DNA of 64,000 nt from an uncultured delta proteobacterium (GCA_963802945.1 CAWDKY010000034.1:70252-134251), one strand, 5' to 3'; numbered from the stretch's first letter, positions 28,566 through 37,965 are shown. The notes: generated by a model not told the origin, from the sequence alone. Program-made: numbers and translations.

Positions 28566-29858
28566 TCAGGCTGTCGTTTTTAGTTTGGACATTGCCTGCT
28601 CAACCCTGGTGGGTTTAGTCATCAGAACCGCACATATAAAAATGATATTCATCAATGCGCCAAGAAGGTATAAGAGCTGGTAGCTGTTTGTCGTATGGGC
28701 GATTTGACCGGCAATGAACGGCCCAATGCCGCCGATGATGCCCTGTACCAGGTACACGAGACCCAGGATAGAACCCAAATAGAGTCTGCCGAACATATCG
28801 CCCATGAACGGAGCGATAACAACCACAACCGGCGAGAAAAAAATACCGGCACAGGCCGCAAAAATGATGAGCAGCGTCGGACTCGAGGCAAAAAGCCAGG
28901 CATAGAGATAAGCGAGGCCCGAAAGAGTTCCGAAAATAATAAATGATTTCCGCTTGCCGGTCTTATCGGCAAGCCAGCCGCCGCCAAACCTTCCCAACAC
29001 CGAGGTCAAGGCAAAAGCCGTCATAACGAGTGCGGACTGAGAAGGTTTCATACCGACGCTGAGGCCGATCATAGTAATATGCGTCATGAATCCGAAAAAT
29101 ACGGCGCTGACCAGGCCAATTCCTAGGCATATGATCCAAAATTGGGGCGTCTTGAGGGCTTCCCCTCTGGTCATATGGGGTTCACCGGCGAGGGTCTTGC
29201 CGATAAATCCTTGCACCGCTGCGGCCTGCTCATCGGTCATGCCGTCCATGTGCAAGCCCATTTTTTCCGGGCTGTCCCTTACCACAGTTAGCGCCAGCAG
29301 AATGACGAGTATCTCGATAGCGATACCCGAATAGAGCGCTACGGTCCTCCAATTATACTCATTGGCCAGCCTCATCAAGACAGGAAAGCAAATAGCGGCG
29401 ATGAGGCCGAAGGAGGCCATAAGGATACCCGTTGCCAAGGCCGCATGTTTTAAGAACCACACGCGGGCGAGCGTTTGTGAAGGCAAAAGTCCCTGCAGCA
29501 TTATAGCAAGGCTCATAATGCCTGCCAGATAGAGATAGGCCTCCCCTTTGGTCGTCATTGTGGTGAACAAATAAACGCCAACGATGCCGATCGACGCACC
29601 AATGATCATACTGAGCTTTGGGCCGTAGCGATCAATAAACCACCCGGCTAAAACACCGAAAGCGAGTGAACTCCACATAACGACGGAAGAAATTGTGCCG
29701 AGGTCAGCGCGAGTCCAGCCCAACTGAGGTAGTATGAACGGGGCGTAAATCGTAAGGCCGTAAATGATAATAGTGTGGAACCCGTAGATGAAAAAACAGG
29801 CAACAATGATCCACCATCCGTAGAAAATACTACCTTTCCCTTTTGCTTCTTCTACCAT
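28566..29858 (-). CDS. MFS transporter (OFA/monocarboxylate-like)
   Basis: About 12 TM segments; GWFIDRYGPK and GWLADKTGKR motif A; N-terminal FYGWWIIVA. Confidence 0.9.
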   Translation of the reverse strand: MVEEAKGKGSIFYGWWIIVACFFIYGFHTIIIYGLTIYAPFILPQLGWTRADLGTISSVVMWSSLAFGVLAGWFIDRYGPKLSMIIGASIGIVGVYLFTTMTTKGEAYLYLAGIMSLAIMLQGLLPSQTLARVWFLKHAALATGILMASFGLIAAICFPVLMRLANEYNWRTVALYSGIAIEILVILLALTVVRDSPEKMGLHMDGMTDEQAAAVQGFIGKTLAGEPHMTRGEALKTPQFWIICLGIGLVSAVFFGFMTHITMIGLSVGMKPSQSALVMTAFALTSVLGRFGGGWLADKTGKRKSFIIFGTLSGLAYLYAWLFASSPTLLIIFAACAGIFFSPVVVVIAPFMGDMFGRLYLGSILGLVYLVQGIIGGIGPFIAGQIAHTTNSYQLLYLLGALMNIIFICAVLMTKPTRVEQAMSKLKTTA

Positions 29859-30420
29859 TTTCTCCTCCTTCGAGATTTGAGGTTTAGTTGTTAAAGACAT
29901 ATGGATGACAAATGTTTTTTATTGTCCGATAGCGGACATTTTTCATTTGGTTCTTCACTCAATTAATTAGGAGAAAGGGGGCAAAGATTCGAAGATTCAA
30001 AGGTTCAAGGGATTGATTTTTTGGGAAGGGGTTTTCGCCAATTGAGAATAACTGGCTTGTTACCTATCCATTTTCTATTTGTCAAGCCTTACGTCTTTAT
30101 GATTTCAAGCAAGAATTCAAATAGTCTCTTTTTTCTTGCGTTCTTGATTCCTTGTACCCATGTTTAATAAGACAGTATATTCAAACCGCTTAACGAAACC
30201 TAAGGGTTTTAACTGTTTTAACGATTTTCCTTTGAATCCTTCTTTCGTCCCAACTTTTTTAAAGATGATCCTTCTTTTTTTGTTTCAGTATATTCTGTAC
30301 ATTAATTTTAGCCTTAAATGTTTGTCAAGAAAAATTTGATGAAATCGCAAAAAGTTAAAACTAGTCAAGAGCATCAGAGGTCGTTTTTAAAGGGTTGTCT
30401 AAAAGGTAACTTTATGTCCT

Positions 30421-30982
30421 TGACCTGACCCCCTTAAACTGTGCCAGCATGTAAGGTATAATATGGCTACAGAAAGGGGTCTAGGATGGCCAAGAAAAGG
30501 TTTAAAGCGGAACAGATCGTGATGATGCTTCGAGAGGCAGAGATACGGTTGGCCAGGGGGTTGAACATTGAAGAAGCATCTCGTAATCTAGGGATAGCTC
30601 CGCAAAGTTATTACCGGTGGCGTAAGGAATACGGCGGGATGAAGGTCGACCAGGCTAAAAGATTAAAAGAGCTGGAGCAGGAGAACAGCCGGCTAAAGAA
30701 ATTGGTGGCTGATTTATCCCTGGATAATTCCATGCTTAAGGAGGTCTCCCGGGGAAACTTCTAAGCCCGGACAAGAGACGCCGGGCGATGAATTACCTAC
30801 GGGGTATATTTAAGAATGTCTCTGAACGTAAGGTATGCCAGGCTATAGGGCAGCCAAGGTCAACGTAAAGGTATCAACGGGTTATTCAAGATAGCGATAC
30901 CAGATTAAGTTCAAGGATAGTTGAGTTAGCCTGTCAATACGGAAGATACGGATACCGGAGGGTGGCTGCTCTTTTAAGGCGG
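30421..30982 (+). mobile_element. Truncated IS3-family element (IS407-like): left IR, intact orfA, broken orfB
   Basis: Begins TGACCTGACCCCC. Slippery G GGA AAC at about 30752. orfB reads KLLSPDKRRR...SERKVCQAIGQPRST*(30866)...YGRYGYRRVAALLRR and then ends. Confidence 0.9.
30486..30764 (+). CDS. IS3-family transposase OrfA (HTH plus leucine zipper)
   Basis: EQIVMMLREAE...YYRWRKEYGGM...RLKELEQENSRLKKLVADLSLD. Confidence 0.93.
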   Translation: MAKKRFKAEQIVMMLREAEIRLARGLNIEEASRNLGIAPQSYYRWRKEYGGMKVDQAKRLKELEQENSRLKKLVADLSLDNSMLKEVSRGNF

Positions 30983-31110
30983 TTGAGACCTTCTGCCGGA
31001 ACCTCGTTAGTACTGTCCAGGTCATGGGCTAGAGGACCGATTTCTTTTTCAGCAAACTCCCTGGCTTTCCGGCGTAATTCAATTTGTTCGCTGGTAAAAT
31101 TAAAATCCAT
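30934..31110 (-). pseudogene. Acyl-CoA dehydrogenase N-terminal fragment fused to the IS3 remnant
   Basis: MDFNFTSEQIELRRKAREFAEKEIGPLAHDLD is a typical ACAD start; it reads into IS sequence after about 46 codons. Confidence 0.8.
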
Positions 31111-31271
31111 TTCCCTGTCCTTTCGTTTAGAGGTTTGGGATTATCCTGAAGAAACAAAAGGTATGCCAAAGGTAGTTTGAACCGACTCTGGCATACCCAT
31201 AGTCAATTTATTGAAAACCATTCCTACGGACTCGAATTGCGTCGACCTGAAAAAATGCGGGGATTTGACCG

Positions 31272-32762
31272 TTAAATAATCTTTTTTTCCGGCCAGTCCG
31301 GCAGGTCGGCCATATCCGGAGCGTCCTCTCGCCAACCCGGAATTCCGGCGATCCGCTTGGCAATGGCTTTGTATTTTTTCCACTCCGCTGAGGAATAGAT
31401 CATCATCTTTTGAGAGGCTAAAGAGCCTTCGGCATGAATGGTCACATTATCGTGACCATGGCCGATGAGATCTTTGACCATCCGGATGGCTTTCAGCCGG
31501 TGTTCGGTCGGGATGCCGTCTTTTCCGGCCAGGTATTTCTCAATATGGGGCCTTTCCTCAGGATTCATCCAATCTTTGTAGGTAAACACGGTGGAGGCGA
31601 TCCCGCCGGTGATGTCGCCGACCAGTTTTGATGTCTCGTGTTGATCATTGGCAAACATGTACTTAGCGATATTGGTGTACATAACGTTGGGCGCCACCAG
31701 ATTGATATCCGGATAGACGTTCGGGTGCTCGCATCCGGCCTGGGCCATGACGTCGATAACCTTGGCATGCATGGCCAGCCAGGCCAGTTTTTCCTGAATA
31801 TGGGGATATCGGTCCAGGCCGTTGTACTCGGCCATAAGGGCCGCTGCCCCTGCGTTCTGCTCGGTGGAGATCACCTTATGACAGGTGCCGAAGAGACGAT
31901 GGAAGACGCCGAACATCCTGGCCTGATCCTGGCTGTATTGCCATTCTCCGCACATAAAAACCCTGTTCCAGGGAACAAAGACATTATCAAAGACGATCAG
32001 ACATTCACTGACCCCAGCCCGACGGCCGCTTACCGGCCAGTTCCACTCCGCTTCTTCGCCGGTTTCCTGGTAGTAGGCGGGAGAAGTCAGAAGCGTGATC
32101 CCTTTGGCATTGACCGGCGTGGCAAAGACAACGGCATAATCCTTATCCTCCTCCCGGTGTGCCCGGCAGGGAGAAACAATAAGCTCGTTAGTCGTGGGGG
32201 TGGCGCTGATGTGCATCTTGGCGCCGCTGACATAAATACCGTCCTTTTGGCGGTCAACGACCCTGACATAAAAATCCTTATGCTGTACCTGGGCGGTCGG
32301 TCGAAGCGCCCTATTCCCCTTAACGTCGGTAATGGCTCCGGTAATGGCTGGATCGTTTTCCCTCAGGTGCTTGCGATAATCTTCCACGGCGTCGGTATAG
32401 TGGGTCCCGAGTTCCTTATCCATCTTGGCGGTTACAATTCCAGAGGCGGCCAGGGCGTCCGGCCCCATACCGCTCATGGATGCACCCCAGCGCATACAGG
32501 TGATATAAAGGTTCCTCCTTCTGACCAATTCTTCGGCCGATTTCGGTTGCTTCCATAAAAACAGGTACCGATCTCCACCCTCTTCTATTGTCAGCAAGTC
32601 TTTGAATTTGGGATGATGGTAGAGGGCATAACTCAAGGCCCGACTGTTAATCGGCCCCTGGAACTGGGGATGTTTGGTGATGTCTTCAATCTTTTCACCA
32701 TTGAGATAGATTCTTCTCCCGTCTCTCAAACTTTCCACGTACTGTTCAGGTGTTCTAATCAT
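31272..32762 (-). CDS. HpaB/4-hydroxybutyryl-CoA dehydratase (AbfD) family flavoprotein
   Basis: YVESLRDGR..YLNGE, AITDVKGNR, GAKMHIS, VFDNVFVPWNRVF, FHR...C.K, HAEGS. Confidence 0.88.
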   Translation of the reverse strand: MIRTPEQYVESLRDGRRIYLNGEKIEDITKHPQFQGPINSRALSYALYHHPKFKDLLTIEEGGDRYLFLWKQPKSAEELVRRRNLYITCMRWGASMSGMGPDALAASGIVTAKMDKELGTHYTDAVEDYRKHLRENDPAITGAITDVKGNRALRPTAQVQHKDFYVRVVDRQKDGIYVSGAKMHISATPTTNELIVSPCRAHREEDKDYAVVFATPVNAKGITLLTSPAYYQETGEEAEWNWPVSGRRAGVSECLIVFDNVFVPWNRVFMCGEWQYSQDQARMFGVFHRLFGTCHKVISTEQNAGAAALMAEYNGLDRYPHIQEKLAWLAMHAKVIDVMAQAGCEHPNVYPDINLVAPNVMYTNIAKYMFANDQHETSKLVGDITGGIASTVFTYKDWMNPEERPHIEKYLAGKDGIPTEHRLKAIRMVKDLIGHGHDNVTIHAEGSLASQKMMIYSSAEWKKYKAIAKRIAGIPGWREDAPDMADLPDWPEKKII

Positions 32763-32900
32763 ATTATTCTCCTTTTTTGTTTGTTGAATTTATGAATCTG
32801 TGGTCATCTTCATATGTCTTAAATACTCTCCTTTGTTCGAAGGAACCAAGTCAACTTTTTTTAACATGGGATCAGATCTTTATCCATGGCTTTCGACCCG

Positions 32901-33740
32901 CTACCGCTGGCTGTATCCGCTACCCGGTCGGTCTATGCCGATGCCCTTACCATTGCTGATCCAGCCATACTCCTTGAGGATGGCTTGGCTATAAGTGACC
33001 AGGCCAGTTACTTTGTCAAGCGGCTCGGTAGCCAGAAGGAGGGTTGCTTTGGCCATGATCTCCGGGGGCTCGCTGTCCGGATTCTCCGGGGCGGTTAATT
33101 TGAAATAGACCGTGCCCGGGGTGACTACCACCTGCGAAGGAGACAAAGCCGCCACGGTAATACCGTAGGGATAAACCTCCGCAGCAAGTCCTTGAGAGAA
33201 ACGCTCTATGGCTGCCTTTTCCGCCCCATACTTGGTACTACTACGGGTATTCGGTTGATAAGGTCCGCGCCCTGGGCCAATCGCTGCGCCGGAAGAAATA
33301 TTGATGATGGCTCCGCTCCGGCGTTCGATCATATCCGGCAGTACTGTTTTAGATAGGATAAAAACAGCGCGAGGACCGACTGCCCAAGAACGATCCCATT
33401 GATTTACGGCCATGTCTTTGATTAAGGTAAAATAAGTAAGGGCCGCATCATTAACCAAGACATCGACCGGGCCGAAGGCTTCCTTGGCTGCTTGAACAAG
33501 CCGGATACAGCTGCCCTCGGAGGCCGTATTGGTCTGAACGGCTAAAGCGGTGCCTCCAGCCTGCTGGATTTCTGAAACTGTTGTGCTGAGAGATCCCCCA
33601 AAAATATGCTCCCCTTCGTCCAGGGTGCGAGCGGCGCAAACAACCTTGGCCCCTTCAGCCGCGAAGAGCGTGGATATGGCTTTACCGATACCTCGACTCG
33701 CTCCAGTCACAATAGCTACTTTACCTTCTAATTTGCCCAT
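32901..33740 (-). CDS. Short-chain dehydrogenase/reductase
   Basis: TGASRGIG, VNDA, NISS, YGAEK (YxxxK). Confidence 0.92.
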   Translation of the reverse strand: MGKLEGKVAIVTGASRGIGKAISTLFAAEGAKVVCAARTLDEGEHIFGGSLSTTVSEIQQAGGTALAVQTNTASEGSCIRLVQAAKEAFGPVDVLVNDAALTYFTLIKDMAVNQWDRSWAVGPRAVFILSKTVLPDMIERRSGAIINISSGAAIGPGRGPYQPNTRSSTKYGAEKAAIERFSQGLAAEVYPYGITVAALSPSQVVVTPGTVYFKLTAPENPDSEPPEIMAKATLLLATEPLDKVTGLVTYSQAILKEYGWISNGKGIGIDRPGSGYSQR

Positions 33741-34315
33741 CTTTTTTCTCCTTTTCTAAACTTTTTTGGCCACCTTCAAAAGTCGAGGCCGTAAAATGAA
33801 GATATTGACTTCCAATATTGTTTGATAAAAGGTTATTTTTTAATTGGTAGAGAATAAATTAAGTGAAAAATTAGGTCAAGGATAAAAACTGGGCGGAAGG
33901 CAACGTTAAGAAAGCTGGAAATCCGAGCATTCTATCTGGAGTTCAAGGGTTTTAGTTTTAGGGGTCTCTGGTTGGTCTGCCCATGGTTAAATCTTCTCTA
34001 GACTTGATAACGATTACCGATTGAACTCTTGCGTTTTTCAAAGATGGAATTTTGAAGAGGAGGAAGAAGTCATCATCAAACTTGACAAGAACTATATAGT
34101 CAAATCCTGACTTTCACACTTTAAATCCCTGACTTTTGCATTTTATGGGGAGTGTCATCTAGTTCCACGAGAAATGAATGAAGTGGGCGACGTCCTCTCG
34201 TACCAGATTAACCAACACCGAGGGCGTTAAGTCTTGCTAACCTAAGATAAGAATAGAACGCCTTTTATCATTTTTACTCTTTTTTTTAAACTTAGAATCT
34301 TAAGGGCGTCCCACA

Positions 34316-35731
34316 TTATATATTAATCGCTTTCTTTTTTATTCTCATACCTGTGAACATTATGTCGCAAGAGTCACCGTATGCGATGAGCCGAGGAAAT
34401 AGGCAGTTGGCATTGCAACCGTCAAAGATGGGCTCCTCCATGAATCCACCTACGAAGTGGTAAAGTTGTTTGCCTGGATTCGGCTGGTTAAGCGGCGCTA
34501 TGGTTAAAGCAAGCATCTGGAGTATCTGCAAACTGGCGCAAGCCATTGAGAAAGCGAAGACGTTCTCTCGGCTTTTCAGCGGGTGATTTTTAGATAAACC
34601 GGCGATGTAGGTTGGACTGTCCAGGTGCCCTTCGCGTTCCATCTGGACCAAACCAGGATCGTACTGTTCTAAACACTGCAGACAGCGCCGGCCAATAGTC
34701 GCGGTATGAGCTCCCCAGTCAGCCGCTACTAACTTGCCAAAGCGGTTTGTTCGAACGGCAACTCCACCGTCGATGACAGGGATTAGATGGGCATAGGCGA
34801 TCATATTGAGAACATATCGGCCCCATGGCCGATCTACACATGAGAACAGCACGTCGCAATCTAGAGCGGCGCGAAATCCTTCCTCTTCATAAACGGCGGC
34901 AACAATTGGTTTAACCGTAAAACTCTTGGCTGTAGCATTAGATTGAAGGCGTTCGGCAAGGGCCATCACTTTGAGCCGTCCGATGTCGGTCCGGGTTGCA
35001 TACAGCAGGCGGTCAAGATTATGCTGCTCGATGTTATCAAAATCGATCAGAACAATGTCTTGGAATCCGATTCGTGCCACGGCCTCAGCAATGAACCCGC
35101 CGACACTGCCGGCACCCACAACACCAACCCGCAGTCGAACGAGATTGGCTTGGCAATCTTCACCCCAGGCTGAAACTGTACGAATCTGTTCACCTGTCGG
35201 CTTTGGACGTGGAGCCAATCTTTCATTATAGGTTATATTGAAACGTTCTCCCACCACACGTACTGTGGAAACCCACGCCCCGGGATAAGTGCGCGGTGCC
35301 GTTCGTTCCCAAAAACGCGCGCTCCATGATCCGTCTCCTGCCAGGGTCAGACCCACAAAAGGCAGCCCCGTCGCTCCGAACACAGCGCCAGCGTTACCTC
35401 GTTCGGCGGCTAGATCATCAATACTCATGCCCTGCCACCCAGACCACCTGGGATGGCTATGCATCAGTGCTAATCCGGCTCCTGCTTCAGCGGCTTCAGC
35501 CAGCGCCCGCTCTAAAAATGCTGGCTCAAAGCTCACATTGCCGTGGACGTTTCGGTCCCCCTCGTTTGGCAGGATCAAGCGCTGAATAAGAGCAGTTATT
35601 CGTTTATGACCTCGGCTCGGATACCAGAGGGCAAAACACAAATCCTCTTGCCGATCGTCACGGAGAAGATGTTTACCCGCTTCGTAAGCCACATCCTCTG
35701 ACATGGCAGCACTGTGCATAGCTTGGCTCAT
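34316..35731 (-). CDS. JAB/JAMM-like peptidase fused to a ThiF/E1 ubiquitin-like activating enzyme
   Basis: N-terminal QED...MHSHP-x8-S-xx-D. C-terminal GAGSVG, DFDNIEQHNLDR, KV, SCVD, CLQC...CNANC. ATG 35731 overlaps the upstream TGA (ATGA). Confidence 0.88.
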   Translation of the reverse strand: MSQAMHSAAMSEDVAYEAGKHLLRDDRQEDLCFALWYPSRGHKRITALIQRLILPNEGDRNVHGNVSFEPAFLERALAEAAEAGAGLALMHSHPRWSGWQGMSIDDLAAERGNAGAVFGATGLPFVGLTLAGDGSWSARFWERTAPRTYPGAWVSTVRVVGERFNITYNERLAPRPKPTGEQIRTVSAWGEDCQANLVRLRVGVVGAGSVGGFIAEAVARIGFQDIVLIDFDNIEQHNLDRLLYATRTDIGRLKVMALAERLQSNATAKSFTVKPIVAAVYEEEGFRAALDCDVLFSCVDRPWGRYVLNMIAYAHLIPVIDGGVAVRTNRFGKLVAADWGAHTATIGRRCLQCLEQYDPGLVQMEREGHLDSPTYIAGLSKNHPLKSRENVFAFSMACASLQILQMLALTIAPLNQPNPGKQLYHFVGGFMEEPIFDGCNANCLFPRLIAYGDSCDIMFTGMRIKKKAINI

Positions 35732-36501
35732 TGTAAATACCACAAACGCCAAATGTGGCTCATGTAGATCCCGACCGTCTTCTTACTCTCTCCCCAGTTT
35801 GGAAAGGGACGTGACCAATATTGCCATTCACCTCCTGCACTATCTGCGAAGATCTGGGAGTGTTGCACACCCCCTAATGGATGCCCTATATTCTGATTGT
35901 TAATCGGGTGAATGTGGGGTGAGATGTGAGGCCCGCTCGGCGCTGTTAAAGGAAAATCCGCCGGAACGATAAACCCTAACCGCACCTTTTCTCCGGCGAA
36001 GCGGCCAGTCGGAACTTCGTAGCCAATGACGACGTGATCAAGTTTTCCAGACAATGGCACCGGGCTATAACCGAGCGCAACCAGGCCTTGGGTGAATACT
36101 TCGACACCGGTGTTGATCGGCCCGTCCGAAACCGGAGTCGGCCCCGTTGAGATGATCTGAAACTGCATTCCGTTATGGAGCTTGATCACCTCACCCCCTT
36201 TACCTTGATAGCTTACATTTTCACCGCCTTTTTTGATTTGGACCAGGTAGTTGGTCGCTGGGTCTTTTCCGCCGTACTCGCGGATGATTTCGTCTGGTGT
36301 CATTTCATGCCTTTTCGTTTCGCACGGCTCCCCGTCAACGGTGAAATGAATTTCATGGTGATGATCCTCAGCCTCTTTTAATTCCTGTAGGGCCTCTTTG
36401 ATCTCATGTTCTGCAGCCTCTTCGGCAGCTTCCGCTGCTTTCAAATCGGTTTCCGCCTTTCTCAGATGGGCTTCTGCTTGTTCAATGTCTTTTTCTTCCA
36501 T
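35728..36501 (-). CDS. Coiled-coil + ubiquitin-like (multi-ubiquitin type) + prokaryotic E2 (family E-like) fusion
   Basis: Acidic helical N-terminus (aa 1-46); beta-grasp-like segment IHFTVDGE...MTPDEII...YLVQ...VIKLHNGMQF ending GPTPVSDG; then YEVPTGRFAG...VPADFPLTAP...WQYWSR...YMSHI. Confidence 0.8.
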   Translation of the reverse strand: MEEKDIEQAEAHLRKAETDLKAAEAAEEAAEHEIKEALQELKEAEDHHHEIHFTVDGEPCETKRHEMTPDEIIREYGGKDPATNYLVQIKKGGENVSYQGKGGEVIKLHNGMQFQIISTGPTPVSDGPINTGVEVFTQGLVALGYSPVPLSGKLDHVVIGYEVPTGRFAGEKVRLGFIVPADFPLTAPSGPHISPHIHPINNQNIGHPLGGVQHSQIFADSAGGEWQYWSRPFPNWGESKKTVGIYMSHIWRLWYLQ

Positions 36502-36568
36502 GATGTGTTTCTCCTTAAATTTTAGTTATTTGGGCCTTTTTTGTAAGATATAAAGGACCATAGTCGTA

Positions 36569-36618
36569 ATTTTAATCATACGCTTGCCATTTGTCAAGTA
36601 TTCTGTTACGATTTCGTA
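36569..36618. promoter_or_regulatory. Overlapping divergent sigma70 promoters with a candidate operator palindrome
   Basis: Minus strand: TTGACA(36597-36592)-17-TAAAAT(36574-36569). Plus strand: TTGCCA(36584)-17-TACGAT(36607). Palindrome TACGA-TT-TCGTA at 36607-36618. Confidence 0.7.
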
Positions 36619-36660
36619 TTATTAATCAGACAGTCAAAAAATTAAGGAGGTACGATCGAC

Positions 36661-36996
36661 GTGGCTCTGAGTACAAAGTTGAAAAAATTGAGGACGAGGG
36701 AAGGTCAGTCCCTGCAGCAGGTAGCCGACGCGATTGGTTCGTCGAAGGCTCACTTATGGGAACTGGAGACCGGCAAAAGTAAAAACCCATCTATAGAACT
36801 AGTAACCAAACTTGCTGAACATTTTAATATGTCAGTCGCCTCCCTGATCGGTGAAGACCCTTCAGCCGATAAAGACCCCGAATGGATTGCAATGTATCGT
36901 GACTTCAAGGGGCTTACAAAAAATGATAGCGAGACAATCCGTGAACTCATGAAATTGCTTAGGAAAAGGAAACAGGATAAAAGTGTTAAAGATTAG
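36661..36996 (+). CDS. XRE-family HTH transcriptional regulator (CapH/ImmR-like)
   Basis: LKKLRTREGQSLQQVADAIGSSKAHLWELETG..NPSIE...LAEHF; GGAGG RBS with GTG start. Confidence 0.92.
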   Translation: MALSTKLKKLRTREGQSLQQVADAIGSSKAHLWELETGKSKNPSIELVTKLAEHFNMSVASLIGEDPSADKDPEWIAMYRDFKGLTKNDSETIRELMKLLRKRKQDKSVKD

Positions 36997-37869
36997 TAGA
37001 GTTGATCTTGCAGATTTTGATTCTCCTGAGAGAATTGTTCAGGAAATCGACCGCTTGATACCAGATATTCCAATCCCTGTTCCCGTTGATGAATTAGCCC
37101 TAACGTTGGACATTATCAGCATAGAGGCATTGGAAACCGAGGGGTTTGAAGGCGGACTATTAACTGACGCCGATAAATCCGAAGGTATTATTCTGGTCAA
37201 CAAAGATAGTACTTTACAACGTCGCCGTTTCACCATCTCCCATGAACTTGGTCATTTTCTCTGTTTCTGGCATAAACCGCCGAGCGTGACGGGTTTCTTT
37301 GTTCCTCTGATGATATGCGGATGGTATTTGCCCATGAATCGGACTTCGTTGCTCGCATGGAAATTGAAGCAAACCGATTTGCCGCCCTCCTTTTGATGCC
37401 GTACCCTCAATTCCGCAAAGATTTATACCTTCATAAAGGAACAGAGATTGAACATATTCTTGATCTTGCCAGACGTTATCAAACGAGCAAGGAGGCAACG
37501 GTTCGTCGATATATTGAGGTTCAGGATGAACCATGCGCCGCTATCATTTCTCATAAAGGCCGTATTCTTCGCTTCTATAGAGGCGAGGATTTTCCTTGCC
37601 TCGATGTTAATCCCGGAAACCCGATACCTCGTGAATCATTTACTGCTCGAACCGATCTTACAGAAGCGATTGTTTCAGACTGTGAGGAACAGGATGGTAG
37701 TGTATGGCTTTCGGTGCAACGCGGAAAGCGCGCACCCAAGATCTATGAGCAGGTACTACCCCAACGTGACGGATACCGCCTAACTTTACTCACACTCGCA
37801 GAGGATCCTGCAGAACTTGAGGAGGAGGAAGAGCTTGAAGACTCATGGACGCCGAGATTTAAAAGATAG
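36983..37869 (+). CDS. ImmA/IrrE-family Zn metallopeptidase (CapP-like), with an apparent 1-nt deletion near 37284
   Basis: RRRFTISHELGH in the first ORF; DGFLCSSDD...EIEANRFAALLLMP...LARRYQTSKEA and a GAF-like tail in the second frame. Confidence 0.87.
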
Positions 37870-37965
37870 CCCCAATTTTCTACAGAGCGTTATAACTAGC
37901 ATTCCAATTAGAGTAACATAAGGGGACTGGATTCAACAATATTTTTCATTTCTATTTCGTTAATA

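Noticed and set aside
31153-31198. GGTATGCCA...TGGCATACC palindrome as a sigma54 promoter or operator
   Set aside because: The -12 element reads TTGT rather than TTGC, and the function cannot be supported from sequence alone.
31638-32558. 306-aa antisense ORF, and similar long shadows at 22523, 45554, 5242 and 2428
   Set aside because: Each fully overlaps a well-supported gene on the opposite strand and has no recognisable motifs.
34316-35731. ThiF protein as thiamine/molybdopterin biosynthesis (ThiF/MoeB) or CBASS Cap2
   Set aside because: No ThiS/MoaD pathway genes and no CD-NTase nearby; it is fused to a JAB domain and coupled to a Ubl-E2 gene.
37270-37300. Programmed ribosomal frameshift in the ImmA-like gene (also considered for trpC and fmt)
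   Set aside because: No slippery heptamer or stimulatory hairpin at the shift sites; similar isolated indels elsewhere point to errors or simple mutations.
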